Source: a virus
Direction: 5' to 3' (one strand)
Length of the DNA: 64,000 nucleotides
Virus record (IMG/VR): IMGVR_UViG_3300017598_000768
Location: 35,833 to 99,832 of that record
The notes beneath the pieces are model-generated. The model was not told the origin of the DNA and made no database searches. It worked only from the letters and a program-made list of their open reading frames with translations. Each line of letters opens with the position of its first letter. Position 1 is the first letter of the stretch. Of this stretch, positions 9,815 through 19,143 are shown piece by piece. Position numbers and translations under genes: made by a program.

Positions 9815-11097
9815 TATCCCCATAAAGCACTCTCCGCCATCGCTGGTGCATAAACTCGCTTGTACAGCGCATCGTAATTATACCTTCTCCTGTGAAACGT
9901 TGACGCCTGCAACGCATCATCTTCCCTGATCCTACCGATGATTATCGCCGCAACATCTCTATAATAGGCATCTTCATTATCAACGTTGTGAGCTGACGAA
10001 AATGACCCAAAATCGACGTACAGCCCAGTCACTCCATTTACCTCGAACATCATGTCGAGACTTCTGTTGAGCACCATCATCTTACCTCCAGACAGTGCTG
10101 CCTCCGGGCCTACGAGCCCGAAACTTTCATTCAGCGTTGGGAATATAAAAAGATTGGAACACAGCCAAAGCTCTCTTAGCATGCGCTTTGAGATCCCTGT
10201 TTGGTACTTCTTATCCCATGTAGAAGTAAAGATAAACTCTTCATCTCGCCTGATGCCGTTTCTGTGTGCAATCTTGTAATACTTCTCCAGATCTTCCCTC
10301 CTCTGTCTTCCAGTTGCCCATTGGTTCGGTACTACAAGACATACAGAATGATTATACACCGACTTGAAATACTTGAATATCATAATCACTTCACGCAGCC
10401 GTTTGCTCTTCAGTCTGTCAGACGACGCCGGATAAATCTGTACTATCTCTGATTGCATAACTGCTGGGAAGTCGTCAAGGAATCGATACGTCTCCGGAGA
10501 AAAATCAAACCATGTTCGAAGGTCTTTGATGTGCGGAATTACTACGACATGCTTCATTGATCCTCTGAACTGTTCTGCCACTCGCAGCCGATCAGTGGCA
10601 TTCGGAAACACCAGCTTGTGTCGTGGCCCATATGCGCGAATCGTCCACCAATCCTTCAACCCACTCGGAATGCTGTGAATCCAATGGAACCATCTTAAAT
10701 CCTTGTAGAAGCTTGCCTCTTTCAAAATTCCAAGCGCATAAGGCATATTCCATCCGGTAAAAACCAGATCATGTGTAAACACAAAATCAAAGCCTTCAAG
10801 CTCATCTCGCACGAACTTCGCCGTCTGATCTACGAGCTTCTTGTGATCATCTGTGAGCTTCTCCTTCGTCTGGTAGTCAATTAGGCTCCCGAACGGAATT
10901 CGAGGCTTGATTTCTGCTTTCTCATACGGGGAATAAGGAATTTGATCTTCAAACTTTGGATTGTACTGCTCGCAAACATAAATCGTGACTTTGTGACCGT
11001 ACTTGCTGAGCATCTGGGCTTGATCGAGGACTATCCCTGACAGGGAATATCCGGGGTTCAGATCCTGAAAATTCGTCAGAATTGCTACATTACTCAT
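9814..11097 (-). CDS. GT-B (GT4-like) glycosyltransferase
   Basis: GHKVTI, FVFTHD, LFIFPTLNESFGLVGPEAA (ExFGL..E motif); start at ATG 11097 after AGGAGG. Confidence 0.88.
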   Translation of the reverse strand: MSNVAILTNFQDLNPGYSLSGIVLDQAQMLSKYGHKVTIYVCEQYNPKFEDQIPYSPYEKAEIKPRIPFGSLIDYQTKEKLTDDHKKLVDQTAKFVRDELEGFDFVFTHDLVFTGWNMPYALGILKEASFYKDLRWFHWIHSIPSGLKDWWTIRAYGPRHKLVFPNATDRLRVAEQFRGSMKHVVVIPHIKDLRTWFDFSPETYRFLDDFPAVMQSEIVQIYPASSDRLKSKRLREVIMIFKYFKSVYNHSVCLVVPNQWATGRQRREDLEKYYKIAHRNGIRRDEEFIFTSTWDKKYQTGISKRMLRELWLCSNLFIFPTLNESFGLVGPEAALSGGKMMVLNRSLDMMFEVNGVTGLYVDFGSFSSAHNVDNEDAYYRDVAAIIIGRIREDDALQASTFHRRRYNYDALYKRVYAPAMAESALWG

Positions 11098-11155
11098 CTT
11101 TCCTCCTTTCATCAACAGTTCCCTTACGGGCTGATGCTATGAAAAAATCGTTCTG

Positions 11156-11797
11156 TTACAATTTTAGCAATATCGCCCAGTAGCCTGATGTCTTCTCATA
11201 AAGCACCCGCGCTGGGCTAATATAATCAACAATCTCCTTTCTCGTCACCGTCAGAACATGGGAACCACAGTAGTCATCCCAACTTGGTCTGATCGGGATC
11301 TCCAATGCAGCATAGCGGCTGCATTCTTTCATAAGATCAAACGTCTTCTTCGCCTGATCCCAGTTCAAATGCTCGATCGTATGAGACGACACAAAAACAT
11401 CGAACTTCTTCTTGACTTTCATGTCATGCCACCACGTCTTGAGCGCATGTCCTTGATACCTGCTATCATCCGTCACCGGCTCCGCAATAGCTCCCTCCAT
11501 TATATCAAACCCGGTCCACGAAATGATGCCCTGGAAATCAGTCAGCATTTTGCTTGCGAGGAATCCCTGGCAGCATCCCAGCTCAATAACTTTAGTCCAC
11601 TTCCTATTCTCGCAGATCATATCAAACATATCATTCCATCTTGCCTTGTGGAAACAGTTTTGCTTCGGGATCTTTCGGTACACCCCATTGTTGATCTGCT
11701 GGAGCTGGTCGAACGTAAGGTCGTCATACACCTCGCGAAACAAATTCCAGTCCTTAACCTTCGTTATCCTTGCAACATCTTTTTCGTCAGCAGGCAT
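11156..11797 (-). CDS. Class I SAM-dependent methyltransferase
   Basis: VIELGCCQGFLA, WTGFDI, FDVFVSSHTIEHL; start at ATG 11797 after AAAGGAGG. Confidence 0.85.
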   Translation of the reverse strand: MPADEKDVARITKVKDWNLFREVYDDLTFDQLQQINNGVYRKIPKQNCFHKARWNDMFDMICENRKWTKVIELGCCQGFLASKMLTDFQGIISWTGFDIMEGAIAEPVTDDSRYQGHALKTWWHDMKVKKKFDVFVSSHTIEHLNWDQAKKTFDLMKECSRYAALEIPIRPSWDDYCGSHVLTVTRKEIVDYISPARVLYEKTSGYWAILLKL

Positions 11798-11823
11798 GAT
11801 CCTCCTTTGCAAGCGATTGCAAA

Positions 11824-11997
11824 TTACGGCTTTTCTTTGATCTTCATCTTGACGTCCTTCTCCCACTTGTTAGGAGGAACGAGGTCAGTCACTCCATTGA
11901 TTTGCTGAAGTTGTTCAAACGTAAGGGCATTGTAAATACCCCTGAACAAGTCCCAATCCTTTACATCAATAATGCGCTGAATCTTCTGCTCAATCAT
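11824..11997 (-). pseudogene. 57-aa internally deleted duplicate of the downstream methyltransferase
   Basis: Hand translation RIIDVKDWDLFRGIYNALTFEQLQQIN..WEKDVKMKIK versus RITKVKDWNLFREVYDDLTFDQLQQIN..WHDMKVKKK. Confidence 0.65.
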
Positions 11998-12308
11998 TAC
12001 AGCTCTTTGATCCTCATACTTATATCCAACTCGTACTTATTAACAAGACTTGTCACAGCGCGAAACGTAATCTTGTAAGGTGTCAAATTCTCCGTTCCGT
12101 CCTTAACTCTGATCTTCAACAGCCCTTCGTCAACTACCTTTGCTCCGATTGTCAGTACATCAGAAGTCGCATCATCTCCATTCTTATCTTCTGCTATCAC
12201 ATCTGATGTACCTTCAGTAATAGTTTCGCCAGTATCCAGATCTGCTGAGAAATCAGCCGCCACCATAAAAGTCTCGTATGGTTGCTTAGTGAAGTATTCT
12301 AACGCCAT
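11997..12308 (-). CDS. Small Ig-like phage fibre/tail adaptor protein
   Basis: FTKQPYE..DFSADL..GETI..IRVKDGT..YKITF pattern typical of small phage fibre adaptors. Confidence 0.55.
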   Translation of the reverse strand: MALEYFTKQPYETFMVAADFSADLDTGETITEGTSDVIAEDKNGDDATSDVLTIGAKVVDEGLLKIRVKDGTENLTPYKITFRAVTSLVNKYELDISMRIKEL

Positions 12309-12316
12309 GGTTCCTC

Positions 12317-12640
12317 CTATGATGAACAGGGAAATATCGGAAAATCAAATACTTTCTGCTCTGCTGTTTTAACAAAAACCTTTTGCTCTGCCGTCTTGAT
12401 GTATGTTTTCACAACTGCTGTCTTCACATACTCTTTTACTACTGCCACTTTGACATAATCCTTGTCATATGCAGTTTTAGTAAACAGTTTCGTTGCTGCT
12501 TCTTTGACGAATATACAATGAGGCTCTGAATCAGGTATCTGAGCAAGAGACTCTAAAACATAAATTCTTCCCGCTGTTGCTGTCGACTTGGCAGAGCGAA
12601 CCGCCCTCCCTTTTGTCGCTATCGATAGGGAATGGCTCAT
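12317..12640 (-). CDS. Hypothetical protein with (Y/F)VKTA repeats
   Basis: Coupled ORF with ~9-aa tandem repeats. Confidence 0.7.
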   Translation of the reverse strand: MSHSLSIATKGRAVRSAKSTATAGRIYVLESLAQIPDSEPHCIFVKEAATKLFTKTAYDKDYVKVAVVKEYVKTAVVKTYIKTAEQKVFVKTAEQKVFDFPIFPCSS

Positions 12641-14022
12641 TATGCTTTCACAACCTTATAGGTGTCAAGCTCGTCATCTGTCCATGTTGCTGTGATAGTA
12701 TAGGTTGCAAGCACATCGCTGGCAGTTCCAACAGATCCGGCAACACTGTATACCCTCATTCTTGCAGATGTCAACAACTTCACATCAAAACCGGACGGAT
12801 GAGCATAAGTACTATACACCGTCTGATCCATATAATGATTCTCTTGATTCAATCCAAGAGCTCTCAGCAACTCCGCCTGTTTTGCAAGAATAGTACTTGC
12901 CTCAATTTCTACGAGGGTCGGTAGTCCAGAGACATCAGCCTTAAAGTCATCAACGTCCGTGACGCCAACCCCTTTAACTGCTCCAATATCTACTTCTCCA
13001 GTCAAAGTTCTTGTGACAGCTCCCCATACTGCAGTTGCCACATCAGCTACTAACGTCCCGAATGAGGTCAGCGTCCGTGTTCCTGAAGCCCATATATCAG
13101 TGACAAGGGTTCCAAAGGAAGTCAGGGTTCGAGTTCCCGCCGCCCATACATCCGTTACCATCGTTGATAATGTGGAAGTTATTGCATCAATCTTTGTCTC
13201 ATTGGCATCTACCTCTACTATGATCTCATCCTTGTTTGAAGTAGCATTTGCTTCTGTAGCCAATGCTGAAACATCTGCTTTGAAGTCATCAATGTCAGTA
13301 ACTCCAACTCCTTTGACAGCACCGATATCTACTTCACCTGTCAGTACTCTGGTTCCATACGCCCAAATATCAGCAACTAAGGTTCCGAACGAAGTCAATG
13401 TTCGAGCTCCTGCTGCCCATACCGCAGTAGTAATATCTGCTACAAGAGTTCCGAATGAGGTCAAAGTTCTCGTACCAGCAGCCCATATGTCTGTCACCAA
13501 AGTCGAGAGTGTGGTTGTTATTGCATCAATCTTAACTTCATTCGCATCCACTTCAGCAATGATGTTTGTCTCTGCCGCATCTAACTCTGCCTTCGTCGGT
13601 GCCGTATACGTTCCCAAACCTGCGGTAACATGTCCCTCTACATTGGCTTCAATAGCAAGAGCACTAACATCCGCCTTGAAATCTGCTACTCCAGCGACGC
13701 CGACACCTTTTACTTCACCAATATCAACCTCGTCTGCAGCGGGATCAAATACGCTTGCGCCATCCAATAGTCTAAACGGTTCAATATCTTCTCTTGCATA
13801 GACAGGACTCCCTCCACCTGTGTCCCATTCAATTCCAACAGCATTATCAGGAACATTGACCGCTGGAACTCCATAACCACCATTGCCCAAATCAACAACT
13901 CCGGTAGTCGTTCGGGCTACAGAATCCGTGTTATCATTCTGATACAGACGATATCCAGTTGTTGCGATTGCGGCATAATTACTTCCGAAATCTGCTTCGA
14001 ACCATGGTTGTGTAAAAGCCAT
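12640..14022 (-). CDS. Putative fibre/virion protein with nested internal repeats
   Basis: Repeats of W(A/G)xxTRTLTSFGTLVxD, and three GEVDIGAVKGVGVxDxxDFKADVS-like units. Confidence 0.6.
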   Translation of the reverse strand: MAFTQPWFEADFGSNYAAIATTGYRLYQNDNTDSVARTTTGVVDLGNGGYGVPAVNVPDNAVGIEWDTGGGSPVYAREDIEPFRLLDGASVFDPAADEVDIGEVKGVGVAGVADFKADVSALAIEANVEGHVTAGLGTYTAPTKAELDAAETNIIAEVDANEVKIDAITTTLSTLVTDIWAAGTRTLTSFGTLVADITTAVWAAGARTLTSFGTLVADIWAYGTRVLTGEVDIGAVKGVGVTDIDDFKADVSALATEANATSNKDEIIVEVDANETKIDAITSTLSTMVTDVWAAGTRTLTSFGTLVTDIWASGTRTLTSFGTLVADVATAVWGAVTRTLTGEVDIGAVKGVGVTDVDDFKADVSGLPTLVEIEASTILAKQAELLRALGLNQENHYMDQTVYSTYAHPSGFDVKLLTSARMRVYSVAGSVGTASDVLATYTITATWTDDELDTYKVVKA

Positions 14023-14025
14023 AAT

Positions 14026-14253
14026 TTACATCCTTGCGATCTGCTCATTTAACATGGCGATCTGTCTTTTTGTTCTTGCTGTTAAATCTTTCTTAACCAA
14101 ATCGTACAGTTTCTCTCTTGTGTCGTCACTCATCTCGTCAACCAACTTCTGAAGATTGATCATTGCTGACTCACTTTGCGGATTAATTAGCAAAAACGCT
14201 GGCAGTATTGCCATGAGTTTATTGCTTTGATCTTCGCCAAGTAATTTCTCCAT
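14026..14253 (-). CDS. Hypothetical protein
   Basis: ORF with AGGAGGAG RBS. Confidence 0.7.
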   Translation of the reverse strand: MEKLLGEDQSNKLMAILPAFLLINPQSESAMINLQKLVDEMSDDTREKLYDLVKKDLTARTKRQIAMLNEQIARM

Positions 14254-14263
14254 TTTCTCCTCC

Positions 14264-14977
14264 TTACAGATAGTCTTTCGGCACTACACGTACCTCAACT
14301 TCTCTTATCCTTATTTCGTTTCCTGCATGTGCAGAACCGAATCCAGTTAATCTCAAGTAGCTTCCCCTCTTGGAAGCACTAAATTCAATTTCATTCCAAT
14401 CGTTATCAGTCGATATCGTTATTCCGGTAGCAACCAAATTACTCGCATCGTCTAACTCGTTTAATGTGCGAGAAAAGTAAACATCAAGGTTATTGAGCGC
14501 ACTTCTTACATTCGTTTGTCTCCTGATTCTTATCTTGGTCACTTTCTTCCAATAAGATCGGAGTCTGAAATCTATCTGGTGGGCTTCATCAGTATTATGC
14601 TGCCAGAATGTAGTAGTACTACCATCAATCGCAAGGACAGCTTCGTTCCCAGTCTCTTCTCCGCAGTGTGCTTCAACTGCTTCTGGAGAATACCACTCTC
14701 CATCGTACAGCGTCATGTTATGCACTATCGTATCATAATCCAAAGCGTCGAGCTGGTCTTGTCTTTGATCCAGTTCATCCTGAATTACCGCATCAAAACT
14801 TTCGACACTACTTAAACCCATACCCGCAAACATCATTTCTTTAATTCGGTCATCTAATGCGAGCAATGCTGTAAAAAAAGTAATGTCATCTTCCAAGACC
14901 GAACGCTCAAGCAACTCCGGATCAGTCCATATTTTAATGTTGTCCGCACCCTGCTTTTCAAATAGTTTTTGTGCCAT
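14264..14977 (-). CDS. Discoidin/F5-8 type C (CBM32-like) domain protein
   Basis: AVLAIDGSTTTFWQ..HQIDFRL..RGSYLRL..IRIREVEV. Confidence 0.75.
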   Translation of the reverse strand: MAQKLFEKQGADNIKIWTDPELLERSVLEDDITFFTALLALDDRIKEMMFAGMGLSSVESFDAVIQDELDQRQDQLDALDYDTIVHNMTLYDGEWYSPEAVEAHCGEETGNEAVLAIDGSTTTFWQHNTDEAHQIDFRLRSYWKKVTKIRIRRQTNVRSALNNLDVYFSRTLNELDDASNLVATGITISTDNDWNEIEFSASKRGSYLRLTGFGSAHAGNEIRIREVEVRVVPKDYL

Positions 14978-14988
14978 TTACTTTCTCC

Positions 14989-16395
14989 TTACGTAGTTGT
15001 GGTGGTCGTACTGGTTGTCGACGTTGTTGTTGTGGTGGTGGTCGTGGTCGTCGTCGTAAATGTACTATCAGTCGCCAGTCCAAGGTTCACCAGCGCAGCG
15101 ATGAGAGAGGCTAAAATGGCCTTGGCGGCAGGGTCTGTAACGGACGATAGAAGACCAGTAATGTCCTGCTGAATCGTCGGTGCGGTACCGAAGAATCCCG
15201 CATTCGACCCATCGTGATTCAAGTCACCGTCAATCTCTATGGCATTGAGCAACATGTCGTCGTCGCCAGTGGCACCGATGAGTACCCTTCCTCCTCCCAC
15301 AACGTCAGGATCAATTATTAAGTTCGTGGCATTGTAGTAAATCTTCGAATCATATCCGCCACCGAACCAGATCGCACCGCCACCGGGATCATCACTGTGC
15401 AGCACTATGCCGTAATCGTCAGTTGCTCCTGCTACAACTCCGATGTAAATACCGTAGTTGAGTGCCGATGTTCCAACAATACTGTTGATCCATAAGCCAC
15501 AATTCTTCGTATCGGCAGTTGAGAGATCTCCGACATACGCACCATACTGATTAACTAATGTCATTGTGCCAGTAGCAGTAGGTGATTTTTCAGTATTCTC
15601 AACCCATAGTCCAGCTCTATTTGTAATTGCTAAGACTGATGTGTCCTCGGCATTAAGCTGTCCAAAAGGTGAAAGTGGAGTAGGCGGAATCATGGCGAGA
15701 ACCCAATAGTCTATCGTCATTACTGCATTATTAGTTGTTCTTGGTCTGGCAATATCACGAACAGCCAACATATAGTCCATCGTTCCAACAGCAGCTCCGT
15801 CAGCGACAGCTTTGCCACGCTGATCCATTCCTACCATATCGCAAGGTGGTGCTCCGAGAGTATTAGAAAAGCACGTTCCTTCCTGTGCTAAAACCGCCAT
15901 AGCATTAGACCACGTGGGACTCTTAGCTCCAAGCGATGTAACGACTACGGACATTACTAAACTTGAGGTATATGCCAAGCCCGACAGATGAGTATAATCC
16001 ACGGTTCGCTGGTCATTTATAAGATGACTTGAACCAAGTGTACCTGCTACTGTGCTGCCAAATGCTTCTACGCAAATAGCACCCGCACCAAATAATACGG
16101 GATTGTGTATGTTGGGATAGAGCGATACACGTCTATCTATTATAAAACTTCCGCCTGTATATACGCCACCTGTCAGCTCTGCGGCGGTAGCATCAAGCGT
16201 TAAATCGTTACCATCCGCCACGAGCGACCAAGTATTTATGCCAAGTTCCTCAAGTGTAATGCTCGGAGCTGCATGCTGAATAAGCAGACCACCAGTCATT
16301 GCCCTTGAGCCATCGATCAGTAAGTAATTAACATGATCATCGTCTCCCAGTCCTCCCAGTTGATCATGTTCACTTATTACTAATTCTGCTGTCAT
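14989..16395 (-). CDS. Tail fibre-like protein with C-terminal poly-Thr/Ser tail
   Basis: HDQLGGLGDDDH.NYLLIDGSRAMTG fibre-type N-terminus; ends in ~22 consecutive T/S. Confidence 0.65.
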   Translation of the reverse strand: MTAELVISEHDQLGGLGDDDHVNYLLIDGSRAMTGGLLIQHAAPSITLEELGINTWSLVADGNDLTLDATAAELTGGVYTGGSFIIDRRVSLYPNIHNPVLFGAGAICVEAFGSTVAGTLGSSHLINDQRTVDYTHLSGLAYTSSLVMSVVVTSLGAKSPTWSNAMAVLAQEGTCFSNTLGAPPCDMVGMDQRGKAVADGAAVGTMDYMLAVRDIARPRTTNNAVMTIDYWVLAMIPPTPLSPFGQLNAEDTSVLAITNRAGLWVENTEKSPTATGTMTLVNQYGAYVGDLSTADTKNCGLWINSIVGTSALNYGIYIGVVAGATDDYGIVLHSDDPGGGAIWFGGGYDSKIYYNATNLIIDPDVVGGGRVLIGATGDDDMLLNAIEIDGDLNHDGSNAGFFGTAPTIQQDITGLLSSVTDPAAKAILASLIAALVNLGLATDSTFTTTTTTTTTTTTSTTSTTTTTT

Positions 16396-16405
16396 GGTTT
16401 CACCT

Positions 16406-16750
16406 TTACTTTCCTTGCAATTTTCTTTGCCTTTCTTCAGCCAACTGCCTTTGTTTTATCGCCTCCTGAAGCTGAGCTTGATTACCTGCATGTGGCAATT
16501 TCTGACACTGTACTCTCCAGAACATTTCCATCTTCAGCCAATACTGTACGTCCCTTTGGGCATCATGAATCGCATTCTGTTTGCTGATCTGCTTGAACTG
16601 CTCTACAGTCGACTGGGCAAACAGATCGTGGATCTCTCTCGGCGTCCAGTGCCGATCCATTGCCCATGTAAATCCAAGCAAAGTCGCCAACATAGCAATC
16701 AGGGTAGCAGCTCCGCATGCTGCTTTCTTCATGTTCGACCAATTATTCAC
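16406..16750 (-). CDS. Single-TM membrane protein with C-terminal coiled coil
   Basis: Hydrophobic N-terminal helix; GTG start after AGGAGG. Confidence 0.6.
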   Translation of the reverse strand: MNNWSNMKKAACGAATLIAMLATLLGFTWAMDRHWTPREIHDLFAQSTVEQFKQISKQNAIHDAQRDVQYWLKMEMFWRVQCQKLPHAGNQAQLQEAIKQRQLAEERQRKLQGK

Positions 16751-16759
16751 AACACCCTC

Positions 16760-17068
16760 CTATGGCCTTCGTTCGTACTCGACCCATGCCAGCGCCCCGG
16801 TCCCGGTCAGAGCAATATACAGCCCATTGTCTATCGGAACGTCGTCAAAAGGCACCCACCCAGGCGTATCAGCCCCAGCAATTGCATACTCAGCAAGAAC
16901 CTTTCCACTTGCATCTTCGCTGTCATACAAAGTCACTGTTATCGCATTCGACCCGTCTGTTGCCCACTTCAGTTTCTTCATCCAATACTCGACACCAGTC
17001 ACCAATGTGAGGACCTTGGCAGAAGCGTCAATCTTATCCGTACTAACAGTTCTTCGTGGCTCCTTCAT
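16760..17068 (-). CDS. Hypothetical beta-rich protein, possibly virion
   Basis: ORF with AAGGAGG RBS. Confidence 0.7.
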   Translation of the reverse strand: MKEPRRTVSTDKIDASAKVLTLVTGVEYWMKKLKWATDGSNAITVTLYDSEDASGKVLAEYAIAGADTPGWVPFDDVPIDNGLYIALTGTGALAWVEYERRP

Positions 17069-17156
17069 TTATGCCTCCTTCAATATTTTTTGATACACTG
17101 CCCAGCCATGGAGAGTTTGCGCGCGCAAAGTCCTATCACTGGGCAGTGCAGGCTTG

Positions 17157-17336
17157 TTACGCCCCGTGCGCGTCAAGCCGTTCTCTTAACGACTTTTTCA
17201 CTTCCACTTGAGCATCGAACTGAGCATCGCACTCTTCGTCAGTCATGCCTTTCACTTTATTCATAAGCGAAGCATACTCGATGATCTCCGTAGCAACAAA
17301 TTCAATTAATTTTACCTGCGCTAATGTCAACGACAT
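17157..17336 (-). CDS. Hypothetical protein (59 aa; not in the ORF track)
   Basis: MSLTLAQVKL...ERLDAHGA, preceded by AGGAGGAG. Confidence 0.6.
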   Translation of the reverse strand: MSLTLAQVKLIEFVATEIIEYASLMNKVKGMTDEECDAQFDAQVEVKKSLRERLDAHGA

Positions 17337-17337
17337 A

Positions 17338-17703
17338 TCACTCCTCCTTTATGTCAAGACCGTATTCAACGAAAAGCAAAAATGCTTTGTCCTTGATACC
17401 CATATAAAGCCGATGTTTCGCCTCCGGATCATCACCAGCTTTCACCGAGTCGACCCACAGGCCCATAACATCATCAAGCTCCTTCACAACCGGATCAACC
17501 TTCACTCTGAGCATCTGTTGCATCTCTGGACTTGCTGCATCATAGCGATTGAGGTAATCCCCCATAATCCTGTTATGCGTGCTGATAGCCGTAAGCTGCT
17601 TTTGCTTTGGTGTCAAAGCGCAGCCACTAACATGCGCCAGGATCAGCATTAGCGACAGCACTCCTATCGCAATGCCAGTGAAACGATACGAAATTCTTTT
17701 CAT
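17338..17703 (-). CDS. Lipoprotein, possible outer spanin-like component
   Basis: Signal peptide with lipobox VSGC; lies in the lysis region. Confidence 0.65.
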   Translation of the reverse strand: MKRISYRFTGIAIGVLSLMLILAHVSGCALTPKQKQLTAISTHNRIMGDYLNRYDAASPEMQQMLRVKVDPVVKELDDVMGLWVDSVKAGDDPEAKHRLYMGIKDKAFLLFVEYGLDIKEE

Positions 17704-17705
17704 CC

Positions 17706-17993
17706 CTATCCTCCTTCCGTAATTGCATTAATCTTCTTGTCTTTGTCCTGAGAAGACTGACTCGTGCCAAAATAAAACGTGAAGATTGACGTCACCAGCG
17801 TAATAACAGCACCAACTATCATCATTCGCGTCTCTCCCTTCACTTTCATGGCTACATCGAATAGAAAGTTTCCTCCAAAAAGTACTATGGTCAGAGCAAA
17901 CAGCTTTCTAAACAGCCCGTCAGTGATAGCCTTGAAGACCGCTAAATTCTCTTCAGCGGTTCTCACCTTCTTCGCCAATAATTCTTCAGTCAT
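17706..17993 (-). CDS. Two-TM holin-like protein
   Basis: Two hydrophobic helices followed by FYFGTSQSSQDKD. Confidence 0.6.
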   Translation of the reverse strand: MTEELLAKKVRTAEENLAVFKAITDGLFRKLFALTIVLFGGNFLFDVAMKVKGETRMMIVGAVITLVTSIFTFYFGTSQSSQDKDKKINAITEGG

Positions 17994-18016
17994 TGTCCCT
18001 CCTTTCTCCCCGTCTG

Positions 18017-18751
18017 TTACTCAGCAATCTTAATGTGCAGATCCATGATCTCGCTCGGAGCTGTGTCTCTGAAGATGTCAACTTCTATTTCTGCCGAGTT
18101 GACTGAGACTATATCCCAAGCAGCATATCCCACCACGACAAAATACTTCTTCAGCTGTACGTCTGGCGGAAAAGTGGACGCAGGTACTTCTGCTGTAACG
18201 TCATCTTCATTCCCTTGCACATTATCAACCTGCAAAAGCTCCGTGTACGGCCCTCCAGCAGCATCTGACATAAGCACCTTCCAGTACGTCACCCTTCCTG
18301 CTGGAGTCTGAGCCCAGTGAAGATCCACTGCATCAGTCACATCATTATAAACTCCAGTCAAGTCACCAACAGGCGGAAGGATCGTCAAGTCCACTTCTAA
18401 ATCTACCTCATTCGAATCTCCTGAGAAGTTGCCTCCTCCATCATAAGCGCGGGCCACAAAATGGAACACTGACAGCACTCCCTCTACGGCATCTACATGT
18501 GACGGCTTTACACATTCTCCGTCCGAAGTTTCTTCCGTCAGACACTCACTGGCTTGGATCGTACACGCTACAGTCTCCAAAGGATTCTCATAGTCGTAGG
18601 CTCCGCTGTTGAGCCGGTCATATAACGTATACCCTGCCATGTCTTCTTCTACGTTCGGAGACCACTGGAGCGTAAAATCAATTCTCTTCGCTGATACAGC
18701 ACCAGCCACCAAAAACACACTTGCCAGTAAAATCAAAAATGCTTTTTTCAT
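18017..18751 (-). CDS. Exported protein with two fibronectin-III-like domains
   Basis: Signal peptide MKKAFLILL..AVSA; LQWSPN.E.DMAGYTLY..FVARAYD..GNFSGDSNEV. Confidence 0.75.
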   Translation of the reverse strand: MKKAFLILLASVFLVAGAVSAKRIDFTLQWSPNVEEDMAGYTLYDRLNSGAYDYENPLETVACTIQASECLTEETSDGECVKPSHVDAVEGVLSVFHFVARAYDGGGNFSGDSNEVDLEVDLTILPPVGDLTGVYNDVTDAVDLHWAQTPAGRVTYWKVLMSDAAGGPYTELLQVDNVQGNEDDVTAEVPASTFPPDVQLKKYFVVVGYAAWDIVSVNSAEIEVDIFRDTAPSEIMDLHIKIAE

Positions 18752-19143
18752 CCCTCTTCCTCCTTTTTAAATCGTTTGCAGTAATAATTAAACACACCGC
18801 GTTTCATTCCAAGTAGTTTTGCACCTTTTGTAATATTGCCTTCAGCTCTCTCCAAAGCCTTTAGCGCTACATTATTTTGAAATCTTGCGGTCGCCTGGCC
18901 TATTGTGAGCCCTTTATGGGGCACCATTAGCAATAAATCATCAACTATTTGCTTGGCTTCTCCAATATCATCTCTCAACTGATTTACAATGACAGACACC
19001 TGATTGACCTCAATTTTCGCTCCATCTCCCATTACTTTGGGAAGGTTATCGATCTTTATGCTCTGGTTGCTTGAGCCAGAATTGTTACAGGACACCAAGC
19101 ATCTTGACAATAAAAATTGCAGCCGTTCAATTTGCTGATACAT
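18748..19143 (-). CDS. Protein with a C-terminal Fis/NtrC-type helix-turn-helix
   Basis: KALERAEGNITKGAKLLGMKRGVFNY. Confidence 0.75.
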   Translation of the reverse strand: MYQQIERLQFLLSRCLVSCNNSGSSNQSIKIDNLPKVMGDGAKIEVNQVSVIVNQLRDDIGEAKQIVDDLLLMVPHKGLTIGQATARFQNNVALKALERAEGNITKGAKLLGMKRGVFNYYCKRFKKEEEG

